Shown one piece after another: positions 37,645 to 50,161 of a DNA stretch of 64,000 nt. Under the pieces are notes generated by a model that ran no database searches, was not told where the DNA came from, and saw nothing but the letters and a program-made list of their open reading frames with translations. This stretch comes from Alloascoidea hylecoeti (lineage: Eukaryota). Position 1 is the stretch's first letter. Every line of letters starts with the position of its first letter. The translations under genes were made by a program, and so were the position numbers. The DNA is taken from contig BCKZ01000003.1 of NCBI GenBank assembly GCA_001600815.1, forward strand, positions 1-64,000, in the 5' to 3' direction.

Positions 37645-40172
37645 AGCAATGACTATAAAGTTATTATTTTGGGGGCCCAGAAAGAGAAATATTTATGATT
37701 TCTACTTATGCATATTTATTAAATATATAATCTAGTGTTTTTTTTGCTTTAGCTATGAGTATAAGTTATATATTTTAACGTTATATATTATTGTAACAAA
37801 TAGGCCAAGAGTAACTTAATTGGGCTTAACGTTTTTCTAAAATTTCGTGCACATAGACAAAATAATTCGCCACATACACCGGTATAATCATATACACCAG
37901 CGGTCCTGTACCATACTAGAGATAATGTATGACTTAGTTCTATAAAAAGGCAGAAATAACATATCTAACAAGGTGTAGGGAGAACGTGTTTCACACTACA
38001 TGTAATTAACGAATTGGGCGGCTTATCTTATTGCAAGTATTGGTGAATTTCTATAGTCTCACACCAAAGAAAAATGCACCAGAATTAGTGACTTCATGAT
38101 CATGGCAGTGCAATGGCTAAGCTCCCTTTGTGTAGCGTTATAATTAACTATTATACGTGCGGTTTCGATCTCGGCATTTTCAGGGCTGAGTTGACACCCG
38201 AAACCAAAAGCAGCACCTCCGAACACTCGTAATAGTATATACGGTATACTGATAGGTTGGTTTTCACAGTCATGAAGTGAAAATTATGGAACTTCCAAGC
38301 GTAAATATTGACTTGTTACTATACATAAATAGGCAGTACAGCTACCCTACTATGGTATATTATTACATAATCAACAAAAATATCCAGATGCCGAAACCAA
38401 AAAGAACCTAGGATTGCCAAAATCTCTGGTTTGAAACCAAGTTTCGGTAATGGTTTCGCATGCATATAATGTAGCTATAGTATGTACTACTATGTGTTAC
38501 ATCAAGAATGAATACATAGCAAAATGGATACTTCAGGATATACCGGTAGTTCAAAACCTTTTCAAATTTATAAAGATACGAAACCATAAAATTGGTAAAG
38601 CAAGCACTTTAAGACTCCAGCTATATGGCTCCAATGTTTCCATTTAGTGCAATGATCATGCTAAATTTGTCGGTACGAATTTCCTCACGGCGTAGAGATT
38701 TCTCGGAGCCAACTAAGATACTATGTATATTTGATCCTTATAATTATGTCGCCGGTGATTTATTTTAATGAATCTGGGACTTTTGTTACGGCTAGAAATC
38801 CTAGGATGAGTGATAATCTTCTTCATCAGATACATTGTCTTCATCTCAGCTTGCATTGGGACAACGAAACACTTCAAGGATCTCAAAGGCAACCTTGAAC
38901 AACAATCACAGACTGTTTGTGACACACACTTTTTTGTCCTTAATTCCATTTGAGGGCCGAGCATTAAATTTATTTGTCTCGGACTTTTGTTGAGATAAAA
39001 TTTGTATGTTTGTAATATTCATTGATAGGAGCGGAGTAAATTGTTTCTTTCCGCCAAGATACAACAGAATTTGCAAGTCCATAAAACAGTTCAGGCGAAA
39101 CATAAGGGCATCTAACTTCTACATAGCAGTTTCGGTTTCAAGAAATCCCTATTGGGAAGACGAACAATTTGGCTGAGCAATGAGCATGCTAATCAATTAC
39201 AAAAGGAAATAGTCACACAAAAGTCGATTGGAAGTTTATAATGACAAGCAGTTGCAACGTATGGAATTATCTGGCACATACGAGCTGAATTGCCTGTTAT
39301 ATCTTGCAAATTGTGCAATTAAATGTCATGATAGTATTTTGCAATTGTATAAGTATTAATTGTACCTCACTTCTTGTTTCATGATTATGACCACTTTTCA
39401 AAGAATGTGATGTAAAACAATTGAAATTAAAGATATCGATAGTTGAGCGACCTATCATATAACGATTTTAGTTTGCAATTTGTAACTAAGTTCTATAAGA
39501 TCTTGTATATGTTTTTATCGTTTAAATCCAACCAATTATAAGAGACATGGCAAAATTAATCATGATGGTAGTTATAGGTGATGTGATTATTTGTATATAT
39601 TAATATTACTTTTACTTAATAAATCTATAGCTATAATTTAAATCTTCTGTTGTTTGATGCAAGTACCAATTATACCAGTACTATCACAATTATAGTTACC
39701 AATTAACGGTGCCATCAACATATTAACTGTCTCAAATGTAATCAAATAGTGCTAATAAAGTGTTGATCGATATTGACTCAATATATATTATACATTATAT
39801 AAGTTATATATCAAATACCGTTAACATGATCCGAAATACAGGGTTTATAAGTTTATGAAACGACCAATTACTGAGATAGTACATCTTATTGTGTCAACAA
39901 CTAATATTATAATATATTTATAGAATGTCGATGCCTGGTCTACGGTCTACTAGAGTATATAAGTAACTTATATATGTCATATGTAGTAGTTAACGAAGAC
40001 ATTGGTAGATATATGCTGTTTATAAAAAATATTTTTCTTGGTATATTAATAAAGAATGCCACTGCCTCTTTTCCCCCCAAATCTCTTAGATTTTATGCAC
40101 AAAGTTATATATAAATCATAAAATAATTATAAATTGTTAAAATTTACTTCAACCAATATATATATCCCCGAG

Positions 40173-41330
40173 ATGTCAACTTATATCAGCCATAATACTA
40201 GCTATGAAAATCAAAGAAGATCAAAAAATGGAGTAATTAGAAATTATGTCGCAACTCAAATACAGTATAAAATTGGGACGTCAGTATCAAATGAGCAGTC
40301 CCAGCAACAAAATCTGCAACAGAGGCAGAAACGGCGGCATGAGTGCACTTCTGCCAGCACTCAATTACCATACCGAGTTTCAAGCAGTCCATCTTCTAGC
40401 AACGAAAATCGTTATCTGTACTCAAACTGTAGAGGGAAGAAAAAGGCACTTTTAATTGGAATAAACTATTTTGGACAGAGAAACCAACTGAGAGGCTGCA
40501 TTAATGATGTGAGAAGATTACAAAACTTTTTAATTGGAGTTTATGGATATAAACCACAGGATATGGTTGTATTAACTGATGATTCAAGAGATCCAATTTC
40601 CTTGCCAACAAAATCAAACATTATTAGAGGAATGAAATGGTTAGTAAATAATGCTCAACCGAACGATTCTTTGGTATTCCATTTCTCCGGCCATGGCGGT
40701 CAAACGATAGATCATGATGGCGACGAAGTAGATGGCTATGATGAAGTTATTTATCCCGTTGATTTTAGAAAAAGAGGTCATATAGTTGATGATAGAATGC
40801 ATGATATTATGGTTAAGCCATTAAGACCTGGTGTTAAATTGACTGCAATTTTTGATTGTTGTCACTCAGGAACTGTTCTAGATCTGCCATATGTTTACTC
40901 TACAAAAGGTACCATTAAAGAATCCAATTTACTTAAGGATAGTACAAGTGAAATATTAAATGCTGTACAGAGTTATAATAAAGGAGACATCAACCGAGCG
41001 CTTAATACGATGTCCGGGGTTGCAAGAAGAGTTAACATTAATATTGGTGACAATGTCAGACAAAGACAAATATTAATGAAGTCATCAAATGCTGATGTTA
41101 TTTCAATATCCGGCTGTAAAGATTCTCAAACTTCTGCTGATGCAACATCAAGAAGTGGATCGACCGGTGTAATGTCACATGCCTTTATAAGTGTTTTATC
41201 TGAGAATCGAAATCAAACTTATATTAGTCTATTGAAAAACATGAGGAAAAAATTAAAAGAGAAATATTCTCAAAAGCCTCAACTAAGCTCATCACATCCT
41301 ATCGATCTTAATCTTAAATTTTTATTATAA
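40173..41330 (+). CDS. MCA1: Type I metacaspase (copy C, divergent)
   Basis: FHFSGHG, FDCCHSG and [10 protein letters not shown]. First ATG at 40173. Many synonymous differences from copies A and B. Confidence 0.93.
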   Translation: MSTYISHNTSYENQRRSKNGVIRNYVATQIQYKIGTSVSNEQSQQQNLQQRQKRRHECTSASTQLPYRVSSSPSSSNENRYLYSNCRGKKKALLIGINYFGQRNQLRGCINDVRRLQNFLIGVYGYKPQDMVVLTDDSRDPISLPTKSNIIRGMKWLVNNAQPNDSLVFHFSGHGGQTIDHDGDEVDGYDEVIYPVDFRKRGHIVDDRMHDIMVKPLRPGVKLTAIFDCCHSGTVLDLPYVYSTKGTIKESNLLKDSTSEILNAVQSYNKGDINRALNTMSGVARRVNINIGDNVRQRQILMKSSNADVISISGCKDSQTSADATSRSGSTGVMSHAFISVLSENRNQTYISLLKNMRKKLKEKYSQKPQLSSSHPIDLNLKFLL

Positions 41331-41766
41331 ATGAAAATTCCTATTAAATAGTTTATATATTATATACATTATAATGGTCTTTAATGTTACTTTCTCTTAT
41401 GTTTTGCAAATGTGGAGGTTTGAGCGTTTGGAATTCCTAAAAATAAGTCATGATCAGTCATAAAAATTTCTTTTTTAATCCGTACTACATATGAAATTCA
41501 GCTGATCACAATCGTAATCGCAAGCTGCTTGGTCATAGCTAGCTATTAGTATAATTATTAGGAGAGAATCCGAGAGATATTACTATCAGAGTGAAGCTTG
41601 AAAATGATGGCAAAACTTCAACTACATATATTGTCATATGCTATGGATAGCATTACTCAAGCTTGGAAGTAACTCTCATAATTAAGCCCTAAGCTCAAAG
41701 TCATTAAATAAATCAATATTAATATTAGATACTCAAATTAACTATAGAAACAAAATCAGATAAATA

Positions 41767-42567
41767 TCATAGAGCTTCCAACCCACTGATTAAATCATCC
41801 ATAGATCTTCCATCATTCTGCCAATTCCATTTAGTGCCAATTCCACCATATGACGACTGATTTGATTTAAGTAAGTCACTTGTAGGATCATAAGGTATAG
41901 GATTCATCAGAGTTGATCCAGTCCAACATTTACATTCATCAAAAGCAGTTGTAATGGCGTTATCATCAACATCAAACAATGACATATCATCCATATTTGA
42001 ATCCCCTAAGAGATACCGATACATAGTTTCAATGATTTTAAGATACTCCCGTGAAGGATCAAATCTCCCGATAAGATCTGGACTTAGTGGATTTGTTAAA
42101 TACCGTGCAACGTAAGGGTGATAAATATCAACAACTTTCATAAGTTCAGTAGGAAACTTGTCAAAACAGCAGTATATTCCATACCACGTTAGATAGCCAT
42201 TTCCCATTAAGTCTTCATACGACCCTGGGATTTGCTCTATCAGTTGCATCCATTCACGTTTATTAGAAGGGTTTATCGTTGTAAAAAGATCGAAGAAATT
42301 CAGCTTTATCTCTGGTGGGCAATATGGCCGTAATAAAATGAGTGCCTCTTGTTTTAAACTCGACCAATCACCTTTTTGATATGATTCCCATCCTTTGATC
42401 TCTGCGTATATTTCTGAAGGAAGAGTGACTGATAGAGTATTACACATAGCTCTAACTATCTTGTTACTATCTCCATTTGATCCATAATGATAGTTGAAAT
42501 AGCATTCATATTCCTGAAAGAACTCGGTTGGATCTGATCCAACTCTGTATTTTGGCAAATCAAACAT
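41767..42567 (-). CDS. Solo Ty3/gypsy Gag capsid-like protein with no knuckle, pol or LTR
   Basis: The pattern LPKY..SDPTEFFQEYE...LPSEIYAEIKGWESYQKGDWSSLKQEAL...LMGNGYLTWY...FDKFP...DDLISGLEAL resembles fungal gypsy Gag CA domains. Intact 266-aa ORF. Confidence 0.6.
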   Translation of the reverse strand: MFDLPKYRVGSDPTEFFQEYECYFNYHYGSNGDSNKIVRAMCNTLSVTLPSEIYAEIKGWESYQKGDWSSLKQEALILLRPYCPPEIKLNFFDLFTTINPSNKREWMQLIEQIPGSYEDLMGNGYLTWYGIYCCFDKFPTELMKVVDIYHPYVARYLTNPLSPDLIGRFDPSREYLKIIETMYRYLLGDSNMDDMSLFDVDDNAITTAFDECKCWTGSTLMNPIPYDPTSDLLKSNQSSYGGIGTKWNWQNDGRSMDDLISGLEAL

Positions 42568-42871
42568 ACTTTGTTTTTGAGGCTAAAAAGAATTAAGAAT
42601 TGAAAAAAAAGCTTAGCAGTTTTAAATAGTAAGCTACTTGGTAAGAATCTCGTGCAACGTGTGCCTTTATTTCAGGGGTTGGGTAGATCATTTCATTTAG
42701 TTTTGTCATTCCACCTCCCACATCGGTATCGATCCTCATCTTTATTTGAAAACTACGTTATATAGTATATACACAATGCAATATAAAATATTTATACATA
42801 TATCATGAAGTAAAATAAATCATCAATATATTATTATTTATACATCTATATATAACTTTTGATTTACTCTA

Positions 42872-45511
42872 TCAGTAAAAATAAACGAAGATGGCTGATA
42901 ATAAAACATCAATTAAAATATGATGGCCAATCCAAGATGCAACATATAACAATTTTGGTGAAAAAACACTCCAAACAAATAAATGATGTCTTAAAGAATA
43001 ACAAGATAACACCATTGCAAAAGTTGTAAATAAATAAAAAAGTAAACTAGTATAAATTTTAGTTGTTAATATTTCCCATTTTTGATTTTTTGCAATTGAT
43101 TGTCTTGATGATAATAAATTTGAATCAAGAAGTAAAATAATACATGATAATGACCAATAAATTGGACCTGTCCAATTACTTATAAATGTTAAGATTCCAA
43201 CTATGAATATATTATACTCTTCAACTCCATTATAAGCGTTCGATAAATCAACAGTTGCTAATGTATTAGTACTACCCATGAAAAAGAACGAAACATTTTG
43301 TAAAATTAATGTCAAAAAGGTGATTAAAATAATAATTCTTTTTTGTTGTAAATTTGATAATTTAATTGGAATTTCTTCACCATTTTTAATAATTAAAAAC
43401 GATGATAAATATTTTTTAAATGCATTTTGAAAAATAGATTTTAAAATTGAAAATATTCCAAATAATGGTATATTTTTTATATCTGATTGTGTTAATAAAA
43501 CAATTGTTATTAAATTTAATAAATCATTTAATAATGTTTTCTTTGTTTCTTTTTTCCAAATTGAAAAAAATATTCTTGTTATTATACTTATGAGTGATAA
43601 TCTAAGTACTAATTTTCCATGTGCAATTAATAATGAATCTAATGGTCCATTAATTGGTAAAAATACATCAAGGAAACTTAATAACCAATTGGGTAAAGTT
43701 TCTCCAGATGCTAGAGTATAGATCATTTTAAAAACAAGTGACATAAATGGTAATAAAAATGAAATTAAAAATGAAATCAATGAACCAATCATTGAAAATC
43801 CTCCTGTCCAAATATCAATACCAAATTTAGAATAGGTTAAAATAATTAATAACCACAATAAACTTGAATTTTCGGTTAATGATAGAAGAGATGATATGGA
43901 CACTCCAAAATTATATTTTTGACCAGTTGTATTCCAACCTTTTATTAATCGTATACATATTAGAGATAGAATAAGATATTGTAAACCATCACCTTTTTTA
44001 TGAGCAATAATTATATAACCAATGGTTGATATGATTGTTGCATACAAATACCAAATATGATGTTCCTCTTCAATCAAACTACTTCCATTCAAACTTGCAG
44101 CATATAATATAACCGGTGTTAAATATGATATAAGTGAAATTAAATCATTAACATGAATAATAAAAGATATCAAGGAGATCAATAAGCCTAAACCAATTAA
44201 AACGAATCCAATATACATTTCATCATATCCATAATTACTTGCAGATTGTGTTAAATTCTTTTGAGTAATTTTTAAAAATTTATAAATTGTTTCTTTATTT
44301 GGATTTTCTTCTAAATTTGACCAAAGACAATCAACAGAGTCATCATTTTGAGAACAATAAGATTTTGATAATGATCTACCTAATGAAGCTTCAACAATAA
44401 TTTTTAATTGTAAAGCATTTTGTAATAAAATTTCTAGTTGATCTTTTTTATTCCATAATGGTAAAAACTTATCAATAATTACACCAAGACTATTTTTTGG
44501 GATTGGGAAATTAAATAAAGAGGCAATTGTAGCAGCAACATCAATAGCATCTATTCTTTCATAATAGTTATAAGAATCGGTCCATTTTAAAGGAGACTTA
44601 CGTCTTGAATTTGCAATGTTTAAATGATTTAAAAATGGAGATACGAATAATAAAGCAGCGGAAGTTTCACCTAATGATGAACCACCATGATTTCCAACAT
44701 CATTCATACCATGATCACCAATAATGACCATTAAAGTTTTCTCATCATTAAAATTCAATGGAGAAGAAATTTCGGAATAAATTCTTTTAATAATACTATC
44801 CATTTCAGCTTGTTTTTTAGGCATAAATGGACTATTTGGACCAGATTTATGACCAATATGATCAAGGCCCAAATAATGTAAAATTAATACATCCCATTCA
44901 TTCGAATTTGTTAATTCATGATCTAAATGTCTTGTGACATTATTATCAACTTCTGTGAAATCAGAAACAAAAAAACTTGAAGTACCATCAACTTTATTGA
45001 AAAAATTAGGAAAGAGTTTTAACCAGGTGTCATCGCCAAACATGTGAATTTTTGAATTTTTGTAGAATTTAAATTGCGATAACCAAGAATCTTGATGGGA
45101 TATCGAAGAGCCGGATTCAGAATCCGCTATATTTAAAATTGCATCCAAAAAGCTTGGTGTTGTTCCGGTTGTTAAACCTTTCAGTCTAGGTAAAGTTACC
45201 GTTGGTGGTGTTGAGTGCGCGGTAAAGCCAATGGCATTTCCAGATTCAATCAAGCTATGAACAAAAGACATTGAAGATTTGTCGGAAAACATGAAATCAC
45301 TTCTCATTGCATCGACAACCATAAATACAAGTTTATCAAACTTTTGTTCATTGATTACAGCCCCATTGGGGTTTAATAGATCATGGTGATAAAATTCACC
45401 TTTTCCTGGTAATACTGTTTTCCTCGGAAAAAAACCTTTTGCAAAGAAGAGTAGCCCCAGGAACTGAAGAAGAAGTATTATAAATATGTGCCATTTTGGC
45501 GATATGGACAT
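42872..45511 (-). CDS. GPI7: GPI ethanolamine phosphate transferase 2
   Basis: FAKGFFP, VVDAMRSDF, PPTVTLPRLK, HYLGLDHIGH, GDHGM and LRHHLFVWSVFSPK. Confidence 0.93.
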   Translation of the reverse strand: MSISPKWHIFIILLLQFLGLLFFAKGFFPRKTVLPGKGEFYHHDLLNPNGAVINEQKFDKLVFMVVDAMRSDFMFSDKSSMSFVHSLIESGNAIGFTAHSTPPTVTLPRLKGLTTGTTPSFLDAILNIADSESGSSISHQDSWLSQFKFYKNSKIHMFGDDTWLKLFPNFFNKVDGTSSFFVSDFTEVDNNVTRHLDHELTNSNEWDVLILHYLGLDHIGHKSGPNSPFMPKKQAEMDSIIKRIYSEISSPLNFNDEKTLMVIIGDHGMNDVGNHGGSSLGETSAALLFVSPFLNHLNIANSRRKSPLKWTDSYNYYERIDAIDVAATIASLFNFPIPKNSLGVIIDKFLPLWNKKDQLEILLQNALQLKIIVEASLGRSLSKSYCSQNDDSVDCLWSNLEENPNKETIYKFLKITQKNLTQSASNYGYDEMYIGFVLIGLGLLISLISFIIHVNDLISLISYLTPVILYAASLNGSSLIEEEHHIWYLYATIISTIGYIIIAHKKGDGLQYLILSLICIRLIKGWNTTGQKYNFGVSISSLLSLTENSSLLWLLIILTYSKFGIDIWTGGFSMIGSLISFLISFLLPFMSLVFKMIYTLASGETLPNWLLSFLDVFLPINGPLDSLLIAHGKLVLRLSLISIITRIFFSIWKKETKKTLLNDLLNLITIVLLTQSDIKNIPLFGIFSILKSIFQNAFKKYLSSFLIIKNGEEIPIKLSNLQQKRIIILITFLTLILQNVSFFFMGSTNTLATVDLSNAYNGVEEYNIFIVGILTFISNWTGPIYWSLSCIILLLDSNLLSSRQSIAKNQKWEILTTKIYTSLLFYLFTTFAMVLSCYSLRHHLFVWSVFSPKLLYVASWIGHHILIDVLLSAIFVYFY

Positions 45512-45609
45512 GGTGGAGGAGAATGAAGAAGGTTAGGTGTTTGGGAGTATTAATATTATTATAAGATCTTTATATTATAAAAATAAATGTATGTATGATA
45601 TATGGATAT

Positions 45610-46665
45610 TTACTGCAACAACTCATCTCTATAATGCCTTTGAGCATTGATAAATTTGGCCTCCCGTTTTCGTTCAATATTCTGCTGTTTGGTCATTTCT
45701 TTCCAGACAAGCTTCTGGGCACGTTGTTGTTGTGCATCCACCGTTGTGACCATCCTCCGGTTTTCACTCGCGGCAACTGTTAAAGCGCTTTCCTTAGGAA
45801 CAACTTCTGGTTTAAGAGACTGTTTGTAGTATTTGGCCATAGAACGATGTCCAAGTTTATAACCAGAGGGAAGTGTCAACTCAAGACCACTCGCATCAAT
45901 ATAGGCATCCTCGTAGTCACCATCAACATCAACATCAGCATCATCCGTATCACTGGGGTTTGTTTCATCTTCATCCTCATCCTCACTCAAGTCCTCCCAT
46001 CCTTCTTCATTCACATCGGCGTCTGCGTCTGCTTCCACATCATAACTGGACGTAAAATCATAAAAATCTGCAATCTCCATCTTTGCATCCATAGATTCAT
46101 ATGGTATCCGACAGTGTCTCTTGGACTGCATATGTGCCCTAACCGCTTCCATACTTCTTCCTTCAAAGTTACAAGCCAAACACATGTTACCAATAGATAT
46201 CTTCTCTCCAAGATACTTAAGAAGACCTTCTAAATCTACCAGATATTTCTTTTCGGGGATATATAATCCATGCTGGTTAAACATATGATCTGAAGTTTTA
46301 TCAACCGCCGGGAAGGTCTTTTTGCAAAATAAACATGAAGTAGCCGATAATTCAACACCTTTTGATAACTTCTTTTGTATTTGTTTCTCAATAATTTCTT
46401 CTTCTGTCAATTTCTCGTTTTCTTTTTCCCGTTCTTCCAGTCTTTGTTGTTTCTTCAATTTCTTATTCAGTTTCTTTTCAGCAATCGGATCACTTGGTTT
46501 ATTTGCTAAAGCTTGAACTTTTGTCTCAAAAACATGCTGAGTAATTGGGGGTAAAGATGCTACCCGTCGCTTTAGGTTATATCTGTGCCAATCTGTTCGC
46601 ATGTGATCTCTTTGTGCATCAGGAGCTTCGAACTGAAGCATGCAAGTATTACAAGTAAATGTCAT
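45610..46665 (-). CDS. REI1: Pre-60S maturation zinc-finger protein
   Basis: FTCNTC..QRDHMRTDWHRYNLKRRVASLPPI, HGLYIPE and C-terminal HYRDELLQ. Confidence 0.92.
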   Translation of the reverse strand: MTFTCNTCMLQFEAPDAQRDHMRTDWHRYNLKRRVASLPPITQHVFETKVQALANKPSDPIAEKKLNKKLKKQQRLEEREKENEKLTEEEIIEKQIQKKLSKGVELSATSCLFCKKTFPAVDKTSDHMFNQHGLYIPEKKYLVDLEGLLKYLGEKISIGNMCLACNFEGRSMEAVRAHMQSKRHCRIPYESMDAKMEIADFYDFTSSYDVEADADADVNEEGWEDLSEDEDEDETNPSDTDDADVDVDGDYEDAYIDASGLELTLPSGYKLGHRSMAKYYKQSLKPEVVPKESALTVAASENRRMVTTVDAQQQRAQKLVWKEMTKQQNIERKREAKFINAQRHYRDELLQ

Positions 46666-46838
46666 TTTCCCAGAATGAAATAGTGAAAAGATATGAAAAT
46701 AGTATTATAAATTTAAAAATAAATGAGGGTCGAAAAAAATCTTTTTTGATGTCTATTGTGGATCACATGACCGGGTGTTCTGTTGTTAATTTTGTCAATA
46801 TTGATTTCACTCATCTCATCAAATAAAACAGAACAAAC

Positions 46839-49296
46839 ATGTCAGATATTTTTGGCGAATCGTTAAAAAAACAACGGATTTTTGAAGTTCAGGAGATTTC
46901 TGGATTAAAACATCCTCTTTCTTCTCAAATAACTAGAAATAAAATTGCTGTGAGATGTGGAACCGAAGTGTTTTTTGCCATCGGAAATATCATTAGATGT
47001 TCTGAGATCTCCTCCTCAAATTTTGGCTATAAAGTATGTTTTTCCATTTCCATTCAATTCTTTTTTATTTTAATACTAATATATTTACATTTAGACTTTA
47101 AATTTACCTCTTGTCCAATTTGATATTAAAACAATTGAGGTGAATTCCTCTGGTACTCTTTTGGCTATGGTCGGTGAACAAAAAGTAGTTATATCTGTTC
47201 TCCCTCCACCTGGTTTTATGGATAATGAAGAAGATTCAGTATCTACAAGATGTTTTGAAATTGGTGCTTTATATTCAAATTTAAGTGTTTTAAAAGTTCT
47301 ATGGAATGAATTGGGTAAACAAGATGCAAGTTTAGTTGTTTTAACATCAGATACTATCATTAGATCATATGATTTAACAATTAGTTTTGAGCAACCTGAA
47401 CTTGAATATAATCTTTCAAATCCTTCTCCAAAAGGTAATGGAACTGGAGGAAGGAAATTAGGTCTTTCTAAAACAAATGTTGAAGATCCAGTATCAATGT
47501 GTTTTGGATCTAGTACTGAAATCCATGGTAAATTGACTCTTTATATTTATTCCAAAGATGGTGATGTTTTTGCCTTATATCCCTTTTCACCTAGACATAT
47601 TTCTGTTACAGATTTAGAAATTAATCAATTATTTGATGAAGCTGCATTGCTTCTTAATAGTCAATCACAAGAAGATAGTTTATCTCCACACAAAAAATCT
47701 CGCTATGTTTCTCAATTAAGTTGGGTATCTGATATATGGAAACAAAGATTAAATGCTCAAAAAGAATATAGAGCTGATCAATATGGACATTCATCTGGAG
47801 AATTGTTTTTAATTAATACTTCAAATTATACACAACCTTCTATACAAGGTCCATTTTCTTTAATTCCTTTCCCTGATGCTTTATATGAAGGTGAAGGATG
47901 TGATATTATATCTGTTGATACTGAAAATTTTGGTACTTTAGTAACTTCAAATTCAGTTGGTAGAATCACAATTATGTTACAAGATATTCCTTTAGTTATG
48001 AAATGGGAAAATGAATTTAATAAATATTATGATGAAAATGAAGATGAATATGATAGTGATACTGATAAATATGAAGATGCAGAATCAACAAGTTTTGAAG
48101 AATCAACTGTTGATCCATTAAAACCATCATTATCAGTTGTTGAATCTAAACAAATTTCTAGAAATAATAATTCATCTTTTACACTTTATAAATTTAAAAG
48201 TTTATCATATAACTTTTTTGCCTTTAATGATAAAGAAGTAATTAAATTTGATATATCTGAATGGGTTAATAAATTTAATAATGAAATTATTAATGATGAT
48301 AATGATGATATTCAAATTGATATTGCATTTAATAAAATTGATTCAAAGATTAATTTATCTTCAAATAATAGATCAAATAATATTTTGGGTTTATGTCTTA
48401 TTGATAATTTAGCTGAAAATAGAAGTTATATTACAATTATTGAACCTGGTAAGAAAATTATCACTGAGATAGAATCAGAATCACAAACAAAATCGCAATC
48501 ACAGTTACAATCACAAATATCATCAATTAATAATTTTAATAATAATAATTCATCAAATTTTAAACAATATGTTACTTTATTGGATACACCAAGTATTGAA
48601 ATTAAAGATATTTTAAAAAGTATTAAAGTCGATTTTAATTTAAATCCAAATTTATTATCAAAAGATTTAATTTCGAAAAATAAAGATACAACATTAGCAG
48701 AAGATGAAAATATGGCAACATTAAAAGCACTTGAAAATATAAGCGAATTAGTAATGTTTGAAGTTGCAAAAATTCAAAGAGCTGGTTTATCATTACAACA
48801 AAGAATTACTATACAACAAAGTGAATTATTTAGACAATTAACAAAAATTAATGATTTTAAAAATCGATTAAAAAAAATTGATGATGATTTAAAAGACACA
48901 AATGAATTTGATAAAATCAATGAAAGAAATTTAAAATTTTCTGAAAGATTATCAAATTTATCTGATCGTTTAGCTAAAAAAGAAAATTTACCAATCAGTA
49001 ATGCTGAAAGAGAATGGTTTAAGGAATTAAGACGTATAAGAAATTCAATTGAAGATCCAAACAAAGGCTTGAAGAAAAGGGTATCTAATATTAATGAACA
49101 ATTGACATATTTAAAATCAACTACCCACAGTTTGGCCGGTAATAAATCATCACCATCAAAAAATATTAGCATTGGAGAAGAAGGTGAAATTGCTACATTG
49201 AAAAGAATGTTATATGAGGAATCTAAGATTGTTAAACATGCACAAAGATCTTTAGAAAATACGTTAGCTGCTTTTGAGAAGACAAGTTTAAATTAA
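46839..49296 (+). CDS. NUP82: Nucleoporin Nup82/Nup88-like; join(46839..47033,47095..49296)
   Basis: Beta-propeller-like N-terminus (NSSGTLLA, LVVLTSD, LTLYIYSKDGDVFALYPF) and C-terminal coiled coil with ISNAEREWFKEL. Intron GTATGT..TACTAAT..TAG. Confidence 0.85.
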
Positions 49297-50161
49297 TTGA
49301 ATTAACTATTATTTATGAGAATTTTTTTTTAATATACTTATCTAATTGTAAGGATATTTGGTACATATATATTATTAAGGTGAATTCGATTCAGGTACCT
49401 AGCGAATTACTTAACTGTTGGAGAGTTTTCAAGCCAAGTGACGAATCCAAATGCCCACAATTGAGTGGTATACACCTAATTTGATTTCTGTAGTAAATTA
49501 TTACAAGAAATAAATTGAATAACGGAACAATATAATAATCTCATATTGATAATTAACTGATTGACCAACTATTAACAGACGAATTTTCTTAAACTTTCTG
49601 GAAATCATTCTCCCTTTAAATTTAAATTCTACATAACTTTTATAACTATTTATAGTCCTTATCTCACAAGTCTATATCTTATCTTGCCATATCTTATCTC
49701 ATCATTTCATATCTTATTTCTTTGTTGGAATGATCGCTTTAGGTTTCCTGTTTTAACTCTAGCTGTCTATGCAACACTCACCTCGTTGTAAAGTACTGTA
49801 CAGGAACCTAAAGGATATTATTCGTTTTCCTGGCAGAGCAGGTAAATCTAAAGAACACTCCACGAAACATCCTCGAAAGGAAGGTCTCTCTTAGTAACGT
49901 TAACGTTAACTGGAGAAAAAAAGACTCTACAACAGATTGAGAGTGGTCACTACGACTCACTAGGATATGTGTTAATTAGTTTATTCATTACTTAATTTGC
50001 AAAAAAAATTGATGATTGTATTAAAAATTTGGGTTGGATGGTTTAAACCCTTTTCCTGTACAACCTGATCTGAACTTTGAAGTGACCCCATAAGATTTTA
50101 TATCATTATTTTATCGCATCGAATATAAAACTGTATATGCATTTATCATGTTTCATAAATT

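Noticed and set aside
38100..38180. A-box/B-box-like words (GGTTTCGATC) suggesting a tRNA
   Set aside because: No cloverleaf can be folded. No tRNA or rRNA gene was recognised anywhere in the window.
38713..39103. Short ORFs between metacaspases B and C
   Set aside because: No similarity to metacaspase or any family I can recognise; likely chance ORFs.
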